Of a stretch of DNA of 64,000 bases, positions 48,201 to 60,127 are shown piece after piece. The stretch comes from Podarcis filfolensis (lineage: Eukaryota): the NCBI GenBank assembly GCA_964270895.1, contig OZ185437.1, one strand, 5' to 3'. Within the stretch, counting starts at the first letter, position 1. Each line of letters begins with the position of its first letter. A model generated the notes under the pieces. That model ran no database searches, was not told the origin of the DNA, and worked only from the letters and a program-made list of their open reading frames with translations. The translations under genes and the position numbers were made by a program.

Positions 48201-51180
48201 GAATGAAACAAGCTCTGTGATCCTCTCCCGGCTGTAACTGATGCTTATAATACATGTCTGAGAATTCCCCCAATATATTGTCTTAAAAGACATTATCTTT
48301 TACGTTTTACGTTTTTTTGGTCTTCATAAACTTGAATTATATTATTTACAAGGAAACCTTGGGAATACAGAACCCAGGCCTAACTAACATTTCATTTGAA
48401 GGGAAGTCTTGGAAGATGTATAGAAAAATTAAAATATTGGTGCTGTGGCTTGTTTTTGTTGTGTTTGTGAAATGAAAGGCAAGACCAACTAACCTAGTAA
48501 GAAGACAAAAAGATGGAATAAAAAGGGCCATATTTGCTTTTTGTGTTAAACTCTGCAGCCTTAGGCTCCAGCTCATGTGAGCAAGGTTGGTTCCCTTACA
48601 TCTCTGCAAAACTGAATTGGATCCAGTGGTCTACCAAAACAGAACCCAGTGCCTTTTGGAGACTGCAGTCCATACATTATTAGGCCATGCTGGTGCTGCA
48701 GCAGAATCTGAGCTCATTAAATAGTAGAACTGGCTCTTGAGACTCAGGGTGTACTCTTGAAGTCACATGATGAAGCAACTTGGTTGCAGCTAAGCAGATC
48801 TGGGTTGATCAGTGCTTGGATGGGCAACCCTATATATACTGTCTTGAATGTACATGGAAGAAAGGTGGAGTGTAAAGAGTGGGATATAAATTAAATATAT
48901 AAATCCTGGTTTCCTGCAGCGAACAGTATAGCATATTGTGCAGGGAAAATATTTTTAAGGCCCATGTCCCTCATACTTTCCCCTTCTAGTATCTTTTAAG
49001 AACTTTGTATAGAAGTGGTGTGTGTTTGTTTGCCTGAAGACCAGATGGAGTCTTTGTGATGGCAATATAATCTGACATAGAGTTCATGTACCAGCTTTGA
49101 GGAGCTTTGCATTTGACATTGCAATGTTTTGCATCTTTGGCCATTTCCTCCCCTGCTTTCTCAAGGGCATTTCATACACTGTATGAGACCTAAGTTTGCC
49201 CGACAAAGGTATACTTGGCAGGGAGTCATAACTCCCTGTCAAGTTCACCTGTATAATACCTGTGTTTTTCATTTGCAGGTTACATTTTTGGATGTGCACC
49301 TAAATGAAATGTGTGAAGTGGCTCTCAAAAGCAACTGAAAAGATAAGAGTAGGAGAAAGTTATGTTAGAGCTGGTCCTTATATTGGACAGACTGAGCACA
49401 TGTGGCAGTGGCTTATAGAGTTGAGTGTGCTGGAATATATCCTTTTCCAGTCCTTCCAGCACTTTTGGGTACAACTGGAATTTTCTTCCCTGCCTTGTCA
49501 TGTAACTTCTATCAGGGCAAGACAGCCATAGCAGTCAGGAGCTGGTCAAATCCTCTTGTCCATTGTCCCTTCCTCTCTACAAGAGTGATGGGACATGCTA
49601 AATATGTCATTTGGAATGTTAATAGTTTACGAGGAACTTTTAAAAAGTAACACTTTTCAGAATATTATTGGAAGAATTGGCTAAAATGGATACGTTTTAA
49701 GATTGCATTCCATGTTATGCAGCAATTGTTGTTTCACACCAAAAGTATTGGGATGGAGAGAGAGAAATCTGATGCAAACCTTTTAATAAATTTGATTTCT
49801 GTTTAAACCAATGCGTACAACCCAAAAGATTGTAATCTGATCGAGGTGTTCTGGAGAGTTAGGAAGGTCTTCACTTGTTGAATGTTTACTCTGTCTTTAT
49901 AAATGGCTAACTGAAAGAGGCATTGAAATAGTGTGTTAAGAAGAAATGGATAAAAATATTAGAAGATGCTTGTATTTCCAGTGTTTTGTTAAAATAGTGC
50001 TCAATGAGCTCATGTCATAACCATTGTTCTTGTCATTCCAGGTCCGATTCTCTTTTCTTTTGTCTCCATTTGGTCTTCTGTTCTAATTTTCCCTACCCCC
50101 TCTCAGTCTGTGTTTTTATCCTCTCCTGTTATTTAGCAGGGGAGGGTTTTAAGCTCTTGTTATTTGTTGTAGATACAATTTTTTGTATTATTGTGGAATT
50201 GCATGGGGATACATAGGGTTGAAAAGGCACTGTAATCTTTACTGAAAAAGGGTGATATTTTTTAATTTTGCATTTGTTTATAAATGCATTATTTGGGTAC
50301 TGTAACTTTGGTAATTGTTTCTGAATTTATTACTTGCCTTTAAAAATGTTATTTGAGGATTGCTTTTGTTTTATTTTTATTTTCTTCCAAGTTTTACTAA
50401 AAATATATAGTCAGGTGCATGGATTTCCTAACCATGCAAAGCCTGCATGATGATCTCAGTTCTGCAGAGAAAATGGTACACTTATCTGACCACCTGCAGT
50501 ATTTTTAATGGCCTTTGTTTTGTTTTTCTTTTCTAAATATGCCATTCAGACCTGGGTTTTCATTGTAATTCTGAACCTTGCCCTGACCTGCCTCTCCTGT
50601 TATGTGCCCTGTGTAATAGATTGTGAAGAAGGTACCTAGAAAGCATTAAATTGTTTCCTTTCAAAAATGTGGTTTGTCCAAAATTTTGACTGTCTACATG
50701 ATTGAGATGGGGTCAGTTGCCCTATTTTCCTTGATGGTTTGGAATTGTAAGAGTTGTCCAGGTGTTGCTTATTAAAGTTTTGGCAAACTAGAGAAACTGT
50801 GAGTTTACTTTGGTGTTTTGTCTCACACTGAGAATCTTGAATGTTTGTGTGTTTTAGTATGCAATGTATAGCCTCAATATTCTTAACAGATAGTTTTATT
50901 CTTATTTGCATATCTGGATGCCTCTTGTTCTTTCTGATGCACACTTGCTGTCTTCCTACAGCTTGATGCTAGTCCAGAAACCTTGTAATAATGTTCGGCT
51001 ATAACCAAATTTTGGATAACAGCCAGTTTCCTCTGGATAGTTGATGAAGATATCCCAATGGGATTTGTGTTTCTTTTCATACTTAAAAGTAGATAAACAA
51101 GGAACAGCAGTGTTCCCTCGAAGAAAGCCTTCATATTTTCCTTTTCTGTAAATAAATAAAGTACCGGGGTACAAGATTGT
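45260..51180 (+). other. TULP4: Probable long TULP4 3' UTR (3' end uncertain)
   Basis: Follows the stop; largely free of recognisable repeats, with an AU/U-rich distal block at about 49700-50640. Candidate poly(A) signals are ATTAAA 50645-50650 (GU/U-rich downstream) and AATAAA 51151-51160. Earlier AATAAA hexamers also exist (e.g. 46334), so the end cannot be fixed from sequence. Confidence 0.55.
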
Positions 51181-52419
51181 TACCCGCTTTTAGTGGGCAA
51201 CCTTTCTGGATGCAGATGCAACACATTTCTCAAGTGGAACCAGGTACAGTCCATATGCTCTTGCCTCTGAATCACTGTAGTGAAGCCCTACTTTGGATGC
51301 CATTGGAAAGGAGCCCTTTTAAAACTCTGACACACACACACACACTCCAGAAACATGACTATGTAAGGCTGATGCCTTAGAGTTTATAAAAATCCTAGAA
51401 GATTGGATCGAGGTGCCAGCAGCAGCAAAGTCTCAGTTCTCCAGACTCTGTCAAACAGCAAGACTGACACAGCACTTGGTACTGCAGGGCTTCAAACGAG
51501 GGTGGAATTCCAACCCCAATGGGGAACAGGTTTTATTGGCTGCGCTGCTAAGGGTTAGGAATTCAATTTATAGAATTCTGTGCTTTCAATTGCGGGCACA
51601 TAAGCAGCAGCTTGAGTGATAGGCCACAGGTTCTGGTTTTGCTCTCAATGCAAGCCAACTATTTGGAGTGGTAGGATTCTGCCACTTGGGTCAGACTTGA
51701 AATGTAGGTGGAGCCAGAATTTTATAGTTTGACAGGACAAATTCATGGAGGATGAAGCTTTATTCTAATTCCACTATTGAAGGAAATATGCCTTTGTACC
51801 AGTAGCTGGGAACCACTCAGGCCCTGCTTTTGGGCTTCCTGTGGGCATCTGGTTGACCAGTTTGAAGACAGAAATACTAGGTGGGCCTTTAGTTTGATTC
51901 AGTGGGTCTCTTATGTTCTCCCCCACACACACACACCAGTTTCAAGAACTGCCCATTTCTCACTTGCTTGGTCTTTGCTTGGAAACTGATGCTTTAAAAT
52001 TGACAGGCAGCTGTAGCTATTGTTTCTATGCCGCCCTAATGTGTTCCTCAAAGCAGAACCAAGCCTCATGTTCTGAACTGCCTGCAGTCTGAAGGCTGCT
52101 GAAAGGTGATATACCAGTAGCACTGGCGCTTCCTTGGGCAGGAACCAAACATATCGGGCAAAATACCAGATGATGGAGAAACCGCTCTGGTTGCGAGGAA
52201 TACCGAGTTGCCAAATGAGGGCCTCTGCCCCACCTCAAACCGTGCCATGTGTAAACGTGCCTGAAAAACATCACGGGACCAGTTTCCCAGGGGCCATTTT
52301 GCCACGAGTCCCCAGTGGCGCTGTCCTCGGTGCTGATTCTTTTCCAGCTCCACCTGGTCCGTGGACCATGGGGATTTTATCTCGTTAAAAACAACCACCA
52401 CCACCATACATTAACGGCC

Positions 52420-53000
52420 AGCCTCGCTTTGCCTGCTCTTTGCGCGCATTTAATAACAGAAGCCCTCCGCGTCCCCTTAGAAAATGTATGGGGCTTCAGC
52501 AGCCAAAGCAGACCTGGAGCCGCCGCCGCCGCCCACAAAACTCCCATCGGCGCCCAGTGGCGGCGCTCTGCCGAGAAAGGAAGAGAGGAAAGCGGAGGGT
52601 CGCTTCAAGCGGCGGCCTCTCGGCCATTGCAGCTCTCTCCCCCTCGGCAGCCCGGCTCAGCGCCGAGGAGCTCCAGACCGAGGCCCAGGCGCCACCGGGG
52701 TCTCCATGGCCGAGCCCGGGAGGCGGCGGCGGGCTTAGAGCGGGGCCCCCGGGGGTTGCTGCTGTCTCCGCGGCCGCTGGCTGGGTGAGGAGGGGCTGGC
52801 GCGATGTCCGGGTGCGGGATGGAGGCGGATTACCCCGCCTTTGAGAACCCGCTCTGCGGCGAGCTCAAGCACATTTGCAAAAGGATCAGAGAGACCTATA
52901 AGGAGATCAAAGAGGACCTGACCCCTTACAAAGATGATCGCTACTACAGGTAAGAGCAGCGGGGGCGAAGGGAGCAGCGCGCGGAGGGATGGAGAGGGAA
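52420..53000 (+). promoter_or_regulatory. TMEM181: CpG island / upstream promoter of TMEM181 (exon 1a)
   Basis: Abrupt rise in GC and CpG density enclosing a coding first exon. Confidence 0.85.
52819..52949 (+). CDS. TMEM181: TMEM181 alternative first coding exon 1a
   Basis: GGGATGG Kozak; MEADYPAFENPLCGELKHICKRIRETYKEIKEDLTPYKDDRYY(R), close to the human MDAEYPAFEPPLCSELKHLC N-terminus as I recall it; donor AG|gtaaga, phase 2. An in-frame ATG at 52804 could add MSGCG; in-frame TGA at 52786 bounds it upstream. Confidence 0.9.
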
Positions 53001-54539
53001 AGAGAGGCCTCTTTATTTTCTAGGGAAATAGCTGTTTGCAATGCATCAGCGGTCTGGCCAACCCCTGCTAAAAATGCTGTTTTAAATACAGCAGGTAGGA
53101 TTCAGAAGCAGCTATTCATTTATGAGCAATCCCAAGGGGAATCCTTATTTGCACGCACTTTGGGGGACGTGATTTGCAGAGTGAAGCCTTCCCACCCACC
53201 CCTCCTCCTCCTCCTGGCCGGCTGCGACAGCCTTTTCCCTCCCGCGCCGCCGCTTTCTCAGTACTGTACCAAGGATGGAGATGGTCCAGCGTTTCAATAT
53301 GGCTGCTGGGGAAAGGAGAGTTACCTTCTTCCATCGGAGCTACCCTTTTTGGTTCTTTTGCGATTAGGTTTTGATGAGTCACTTCAGAGAGTCCCTGAAA
53401 GGGAACGAGTTGCTGGTGTAAGGAAAAGGGGGAAAGGGAAAGAGTTGCTTAAGTAACCTTCCTGATGGCATTTTCTAAATGTGGAATCTGGGTCTGGGAT
53501 TCTTCTCGACTCTGATCATATTCCATCACCACCCTGCCTGGAAAAGCTGAGAGGGATTTCCCCCACCCCATCACCGCCGAAAGAGCCCATGATCCTCTTG
53601 TAGATACATGGGGTTGTAATGTAAATAATCAGGGCTCCACCTTCTCTCCCATGAGTCCTCAGGATCTAAGAGCTGTGGGTTCTTTGCTCATTCTTCCCCA
53701 AACCTTTTCCTGCCCATATTCAGGTTTTCTCCCACCTAATAGCTGATTTCCCTTTCATATGAAGAAGAAAACTACCTTTCCAAAATTTTCAGAGTTCGAC
53801 AAAATCACAGGAGCAAGGTGTCCCCCTGAGCCACAAGCCACGGAATGTCCTCTGTGTGGAACTCCATGAAATAGATGGTTCCTATGGTCAGGGGTCCCTT
53901 TACCGTTACCTATGCATACTACATGCATTACTAACTAAAGTCTTTGCGGAATTTTATTTTTCCATGTGGTTCAGGTGCCAGCAACTCTAGCCATAAAGAA
54001 ATACAATTAAAAAACAACAGCCCTCCTTGTAATACTGGATGAAATCCAGCTCCGCTAAATCCAGTGAGAGGTTTGCTGTTGACTTCAACAAAATGAGAAT
54101 TGCATCCTTTACCTACAGTCTTAGTTCTTATCCCTTGATGAAAGCCACATCTCTGTACATATTTACTCAGAAGCTAAGTTTCACTGTGCTTAATAGGGAT
54201 TGTATTGTAAATTACGGGTCTGCTGTATAATAAAAACGGAGATGCAAACCTTAAGAAGTATTATAAAATTAGAAATTAAGTAATTACCAGGTCCAATCTT
54301 ATGAGCCAGGAAAAGCCTGCTTTTATCTGAATCACTGGTGAGTGGCACGCCTTTTGTACCGTTAGGACAGATAAAGGCTATTGGAGGGTTGATTATTAAA
54401 ACGAACTAATTTTTTTTAAGTATGTGTATGTGTGGGGAAATAGAAGGTAAGATTTGAGTGGCGTTGCTGAGAACTAAATATATGCCTCTCTTTCCATGGG
54501 AGATAGCTCTGTGTGCGTATTTGTGATTGAGAGACTTGA

Positions 54540-55100
54540 AAACTACAATTCCCATGTCTCCTTGCGAGGCGCACTGCCATGGAACTAACTGCCCTGAGGT
54601 AGTTTCGCCCCTGGCGGCTTTCAAACTGACAGCCGTTCGCAGAAGGAGCAACGCGCAGGCGCACACCCTCGGTGCCTACGGGCACACTATACTGACAGGC
54701 GCTCAGAGGGTGTTTTCCGAGGTGTTGCGGCCCCGCCCCTCCGGTCACGGCCCCGCCCCCTACAGCGCCCGAGAGGCGGAGCTGGCACGTTGGGTGACGC
54801 ACGCGGAAGTGATGTGCGCAGGTGGCGCTGCCACGGAGCTCGGCGGGCGGGCAGCTGCCGCTTAGCTTGGAAGAGACCCGCTGCCGGAGTGGAGGCGGCG
54901 CGGCGCGCATGCGCAGCATGGATATGGATCTGTGAGTTTTGGGGGTAGCGGGACCTGCGCTGAGGGGTGGGGGGTGAGCGGTAGTTGCGCAGGCCGCGGA
55001 GGGAACCCTGGCTGACCTGAGCCTATTTCTCTGGCCGGACCACACGGGTTGCTGAGCGAGTGTTGCCCCGCCCCACCCGGCGTAATAAGCTGGAGCGTGT
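54540..55100 (+). promoter_or_regulatory. TMEM181: Second CpG island / downstream TMEM181 promoter (exon 1b) with housekeeping motifs
   Basis: ACTACAATTCCCA (ZNF143/THAP11 type) 54542-54554; GC boxes GGCCCCGCCCC 54729 and 54749; ETS CGGAAGTG 54804-54811; CTCF-like CAGGTGGCGCTG 54819-54830; NRF1 CGCGCATGCGCA 54904-54915. Confidence 0.8.
54918..54931 (+). CDS. TMEM181: TMEM181 alternative first coding exon 1b (MDMD-L)
   Basis: AGCATGG Kozak; ATG GAT ATG GAT CT|gtgagt, phase 2, joins exon 2 to give MDMDLLAPMR, analogous to human MEPLAPMR as I recall it; further in-frame ATGs at 54909 and 54924. Confidence 0.7.
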
Positions 55101-55785
55101 AGTGCTTTAGGCTCAGATTTGGAGGAGGAAAACGCTCCTCTTTCCCTGCCTTGTGGGGCTGGCGAGACTTGGGGGGGCTTAGGCTATACGAGGAACTCTG
55201 TCTAACCCAGCGACCTGCTAATAACTGTGTCCCAGACGCTCACAAGCGGAGCAGAATGGGAACAGCTCGCTCGCTACCTCCCTATTTTAGCTAAATCGGA
55301 GCAAGCTGGGAAGGCAGCAGTTCCCCTGAACATACACAGACAGCTTGGTTATTGTGGAATGGTCGCCGCCACCCCCTTTGCCTTTATAATTAGTGTCAGA
55401 GCCTTGGGTCAGCAGGTGACAGGTGTCATTTGAATATGACACAGACTTTCAGCTGCAGCACCGTTCATTTTAGAAACAAATCATTTGAGGAATGGATCCT
55501 TCTTTCCTCTAGCTCCTTTATCCCTTAGTGATTGTGAGAGGCAGGGAGAGATGGCTGAGCATTTGTGTCATATTTGTACCATTCATTAAGGCCTTTTGTG
55601 CATTTGGTGAGCTGGGTAGTGTTAACTTATTTTTGACAGAAATGCTCAGTGGAAGAGAGTTGCCTCACATCGACCCCAAAGCCATGCCAGTGTAAAGGCT
55701 GGAGTCTGGACAGTTGTTGGCTCGAGTTATAATGACATACAAAAGCGAGCTCAAATGTTACAGTGAAGCAGGATAAGACATTTTC

Positions 55786-56280
55786 AAGTACCACACATGG
55801 AGTCCAGCTCAGGGTGCTACAATTTAAGGATATTGACAAGCTGGAATGTGTGCAAAGGAGGGTGACCAAGATGCTAAAGGGTCTGGAAACCAAGCCTTAT
55901 GAGGAACAGTTGATAGAATTGGGTTTGTTTACCCTAGAAAAGAGGGGACTGAGATACGATGCATATCTTCAAATATGTAAAGGGCTGTCACATGGAGGAT
56001 GAAGCAAGCTTGTTTTCTCCTGCTCCAGAGGGCAGTACCTGAACCAGTGACTTCAAGTTACAAGAAAGGAGAGTTGGTCTAAACACAGGGAAGAACAGTA
56101 AAAGCTGTTCTGGAACAAACTCCCACAAGAGGTGGTGGACTCTACTTCATTGGAGATTTTTAAGCAGAGGTTGGATGGCCATCTGCCATGTATAATCTAG
56201 TTGAGATTCCTGCATTGCAGGTGGTTGGACTAGATGACCCTTACGAGTCCCTTCCAACTCTGCACTTCTATGATTCTATA
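55786..56280 (+). mobile_element. CR1 LINE, 5'-truncated 3' end
   Basis: ORF2 C-terminal remnant [39 protein letters not shown]; CR1 3' UTR ending ttctatgattcta. Confidence 0.9.
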
Positions 56281-57157
56281 ACTTCTGCTATTACATTTAA
56301 AGTGGACTTTTATCAGTGTTGAGATCCAGGAGTTTAAAAAGTAGCTGAGACCCTCTAGATCTTCCTGTAGATGAAAGCTTTCCTCAAGCTCCAATTCACA
56401 CACGTTAAAGAGAAGTGCTGTTCCTTTGTACTTGTTTCTTTAAATGTATGAACTGTCTATGAGATAGTTTGAAACTAATTCTTAGTAGGACTGCTGTGGT
56501 ATTTACAATGTTTGCAAATGTATTAGGAAAGATCTGTTTAATAAGCTGAGTTCAGGGTGCTTCTGATTTTTGCTTCTCCTCAACCTTCATACCAGTTTAA
56601 TAAATTTAATAAATGATACCTATTTTCTGCTTGTGACCTTTAGAGAGAACGGAATGATTTCTCTGCCTAATTATCAGAAGCAACTTTATAAAATGTGTGG
56701 ACAAAAGTTCACGAAACTGGTTTTGGCTGTAAAGTTCTTAAAACAAACACACAAGCTATGATTCAAGGCCCCTAGATCATTTCCTTGCTCTCCTTTCAAG
56801 GAAACTGACTCTCCTTTTTGTGTTTCCTGCTGAGGATCTGAAGGCTGATTCCTCTGTAGAAAAGTCAACTTAAATGTTGGGTTGCTTCTCTATTGCATAC
56901 TGAATCTCTGCCATAGCAAGCAAGTTAACCAGTGTCTCAAAATGACCATGGCTGTAAGAGGTGGTATTACGTACCTTCTGTCCCCAGCAGTTTTTCACAA
57001 TGGCTGCTTGAAAACCAGTCCCATGAATAAAGTAGATAAGTTTTAGACAACACGCTGGACTGAAAACTCATGGTACTTGACATGTTCTTCAGGAATTGAG
57101 TAATATTTTAGCATTTATATAGTGTTTTAATGTGTTGAAAGAGCTTTACTTAAAATA

Positions 57158-57365
57158 TTGCATAGTGGGTAATAGAGTCTGAGCTACAAACCAGGAAATT
57201 CCAGGTTCATAGCTCACCTTGGTCATAAGCCACTCCCTCTTAGCCTCCGGCCGCTGCCTGCAATATGGGAGAAAATAATACTGAATTACCCTGCAGGGTT
57301 GTTATAAGGATTTTAACTAGATAAAGCACGTGAAGTGCTTTGAACACTTGAAAGCACTATATGAA
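57158..57365 (+). mobile_element. MIR-like core SINE
   Basis: catagtgggtaatagagt...ccaggttcatagctc head, ctgcaatatggg core, gggttgttataaggatt...aagtgctttgaac tail. Confidence 0.6.
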
Positions 57366-58085
57366 TTTCTTTAATTTTTGCTATTAATAGTAATAGTTCT
57401 TGTAGCAACCAGAGGTAAGATTAGATCCACACTTTCTGGTACACAGCTCAACTTCTTAGTCACTACGTTTCAGGGTATATGCAGTTGATTTGCTTCACTT
57501 GCGATATGCTTGCTTTAGTTACATCTCCACCTCTGCACATCTTCAAGTATGTTGGAGAAGATTCAGATATCCAATAATAAGCATGATCAACAGGAAAATC
57601 TCTTTGTGTTTCTTTGTTATACTTTTGGAGAAAGCTTGGTGGTACTGCAGGAAATAAACACAGTAAAACAAATAATGTGAATTGCCTTGTCACATTAAGA
57701 TGTCATTCTGCACACTTTTCATGCAGCGTACAGCCTGACCATAAGCATGTGACTCAGAAGAAAACCTCATTGCACTTAATTAAGAATTAATTATGGGAGG
57801 TGTGGCAAAATGAGGGGGGTGGACTCTAACTGAATACTTGTTTGCCAGTGGGGAAACTGGCTGCTAGGTCCAGTGATGTGGGGCGGACTTTTTTTTTTAA
57901 GGGACAAATTTTTACAGTTCTTTGTTTTTCTATGAAAAAAGGTTCCATTTGATAATTTCAGTAGTAGCAATGAATAGACGTCAACTGCAAATGCAATATT
58001 AGGCAACCTTGGTGTTTTCAAATGTTTAGCTTTGTTTGCTAAATACAGGTAAAATAAGCATTATGAATTGGATTACTCTCTAGGG

Positions 58086-58215
58086 CAGTGATGGCCAAAC
58101 TCGGCCCTCTGGCTGTTTTGGGACTACAATTCCCATCATCCCTGACCACTGTTAGCTAAGGATGATGGGAGTTGTAGTCCAAAAACAGCTGGAGGGCCAC
58201 GTTTGGCCATCACTG
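58086..58215. mobile_element. hAT-type palindromic MITE (130 bp), young
   Basis: TIRs CAGTGATGGCCAAAC / GTTTGGCCATCACTG; perfect 8-bp TSD CTCTAGGG (58078-58085, 58216-58223). Confidence 0.9.
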
Positions 58216-60023
58216 CTCTAGGGCATCAAAAGGTGTTCCGATGCAAATTACCTTGATTTGAAATTAATCCCCCGCCCAGCCCCACATCACTGTCTAGGAC
58301 ATGGTCTTAGAACTTCCAGCTACAGTTTTAAGTCGCAAATATTCCTGTTTCTTTATTGCCCAAACTAAATTGATCCTGGGAGAGGTACGGGTGTACTATG
58401 CGACTTCTGGTTACATGTGCTCCAACTGAATGCTAGATAGTTCTTTTCCCTTCTTTAAATCCTCTGTTTTCTTTCTCTCCTGCTTCTCTGATGCTGCTGA
58501 GTGATGGGGTTAAGACGCCTCTCTCTTTAGGACTGTTGCATCAGAGGTAAATCAAGGACGGTTAAACCTGTGGATATGTTGTGTTCAGTCTAACATCCTT
58601 AGGAACGATTTCCCCCCCTTTTGGATCAGATTGGAACGTGGCCTTTTGAGGGTGTTGGTTTTCCCCTCTGTCTTTCACTGCAGCTTGGCTGGCCTGCATG
58701 GCTGATCTGGAGCAGCAGTTCTGTAAGCCCTTCTTGCAGTGTATCTGTGCTCTGCTTTTGTACATTGCAGCCTGCATTGCATGGGAGGAAGCTAACCAAA
58801 GGCAGCTTGTGGACTGAGTGGCATTTTGCGCTCTCTGAACCTCGGCTTTGTCGGTATAAACCATTTTGTGCCTGCAAGGTATGAAAAAGAGGCAAGCCGC
58901 AGACTTGTGCACACTTTGCGTTCCCTTCCCTCGCTCTTGTCCTGCTGTCCTTAAGTGAAAAAAGATACGGACGGTTAGTGCAAAATCAGGCTGGATCTTG
59001 TTTACGTTACTTATGAGGTGGAATAAAGTTAATCCGTCGTAAGCAGGGTGTATGGGGATAACTTGCAGGGGAAACGGGGTGTATATACTTCACTTGCTGG
59101 TTTCTTTCTGTGATCACCCCAATCATCCCCACCCCCATTTCTAGGAACCCAATTGGAAGAAAAACAGTTGGGTGGGTGTCCAAAGGAAAACAGATGATGT
59201 TTCCCCCCCTCTTTTTGTGAATTGCTATTTATTACCAAAAAAATGTCCTAATTTCTTATGTATTTTCACATGCTTTTCGATTTCCTTGAATACCTATAAC
59301 GCAGAAGTGGAAGCATTCATTCAACAAGGAAAGCATAACTTCAGGAAAGTGTTTCAAAATAACATGTTAGTCCTGTTTTGAGTTCCCAATAGGCTGAATG
59401 CTAAGAGTGTCCAACCTGTTTTTCGCCCTGTTGTAGATGGGTTAATTTATAGATTGCAAACTGTTTATTGTTTGAAAGTCTGCTCCATAATGTATCTTGG
59501 CGTTGCCTTCCTATTGATTCAAGCACAATCTTAATGTCAGTTCATGACTGTGCATGTGGAAAATGTTGATTCATCCCTCTTGTTACCAAGTTGTATTAAG
59601 CAGCTAATATCGCAACTACTGCATATCTGTAGCATATAAGTTAGAAAAAAAGGTTGCACATACATTTCAGAATTATGACAACTTTGAGAAGATATAACCA
59701 ATATTCCACAGATACAAATGTGCCTGCTTGTACCACCTGCTTAGCTATATGTAAGGTTCTGTTATGGGGCACACCAGTGTGTGGGTTATGTGGTCAGAAT
59801 GATAACATGCTGCTAATCTAAGCATCACTTTAAAGCCGGTCCTGGTTCCTGTTAATTCAGCTTAATGATACTTGCTCCCAGGTAATTGTGTATAGGGCTA
59901 CGGCCTTCGAAAAAGCCTTCCACTTTCTGATGGCACATTTTATCAAACAAAACATAGAGTGTTTTTAACTGGATACTTGGTGTGGGAAACTTGCTAACTT
60001 GTTCTTTCTCTCCTTGTTTGCAG

Positions 60024-60127
60024 GTTGGCCCCGATGCGATTATATACGCTGTCCAAACGCCACTTTGTCTTGGTCTTCGTTGTATTCTTCATTTGTTTTG
60101 GTTTAACTGTTTTAATAGGTATTGCAG
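60024..60127 (+). CDS. TMEM181: TMEM181 exon 2
   Basis: tttgcag|GTTG...GCAG|gtaaga; LAPMRLYTLSKRHFVLVFVVFFICFGLTVLIGIA (first TM segment); phase 2-1. Confidence 0.96.

Noticed and set aside
52315-52844. Several 84-157 aa ORFs in the first CpG island
   Set aside because: Stop-poor GC-rich DNA; the real coding exon is the shorter 52819-52949 frame.
52989-53456. 155-aa ORF after TMEM181 exon 1a
   Set aside because: Intronic, no recognisable domain, no matching splice sites.
54416-55045. 209-aa antisense ORF over the second CpG island
   Set aside because: Low-complexity Ala/Pro/Arg translation typical of CpG islands; no recognisable homolog.
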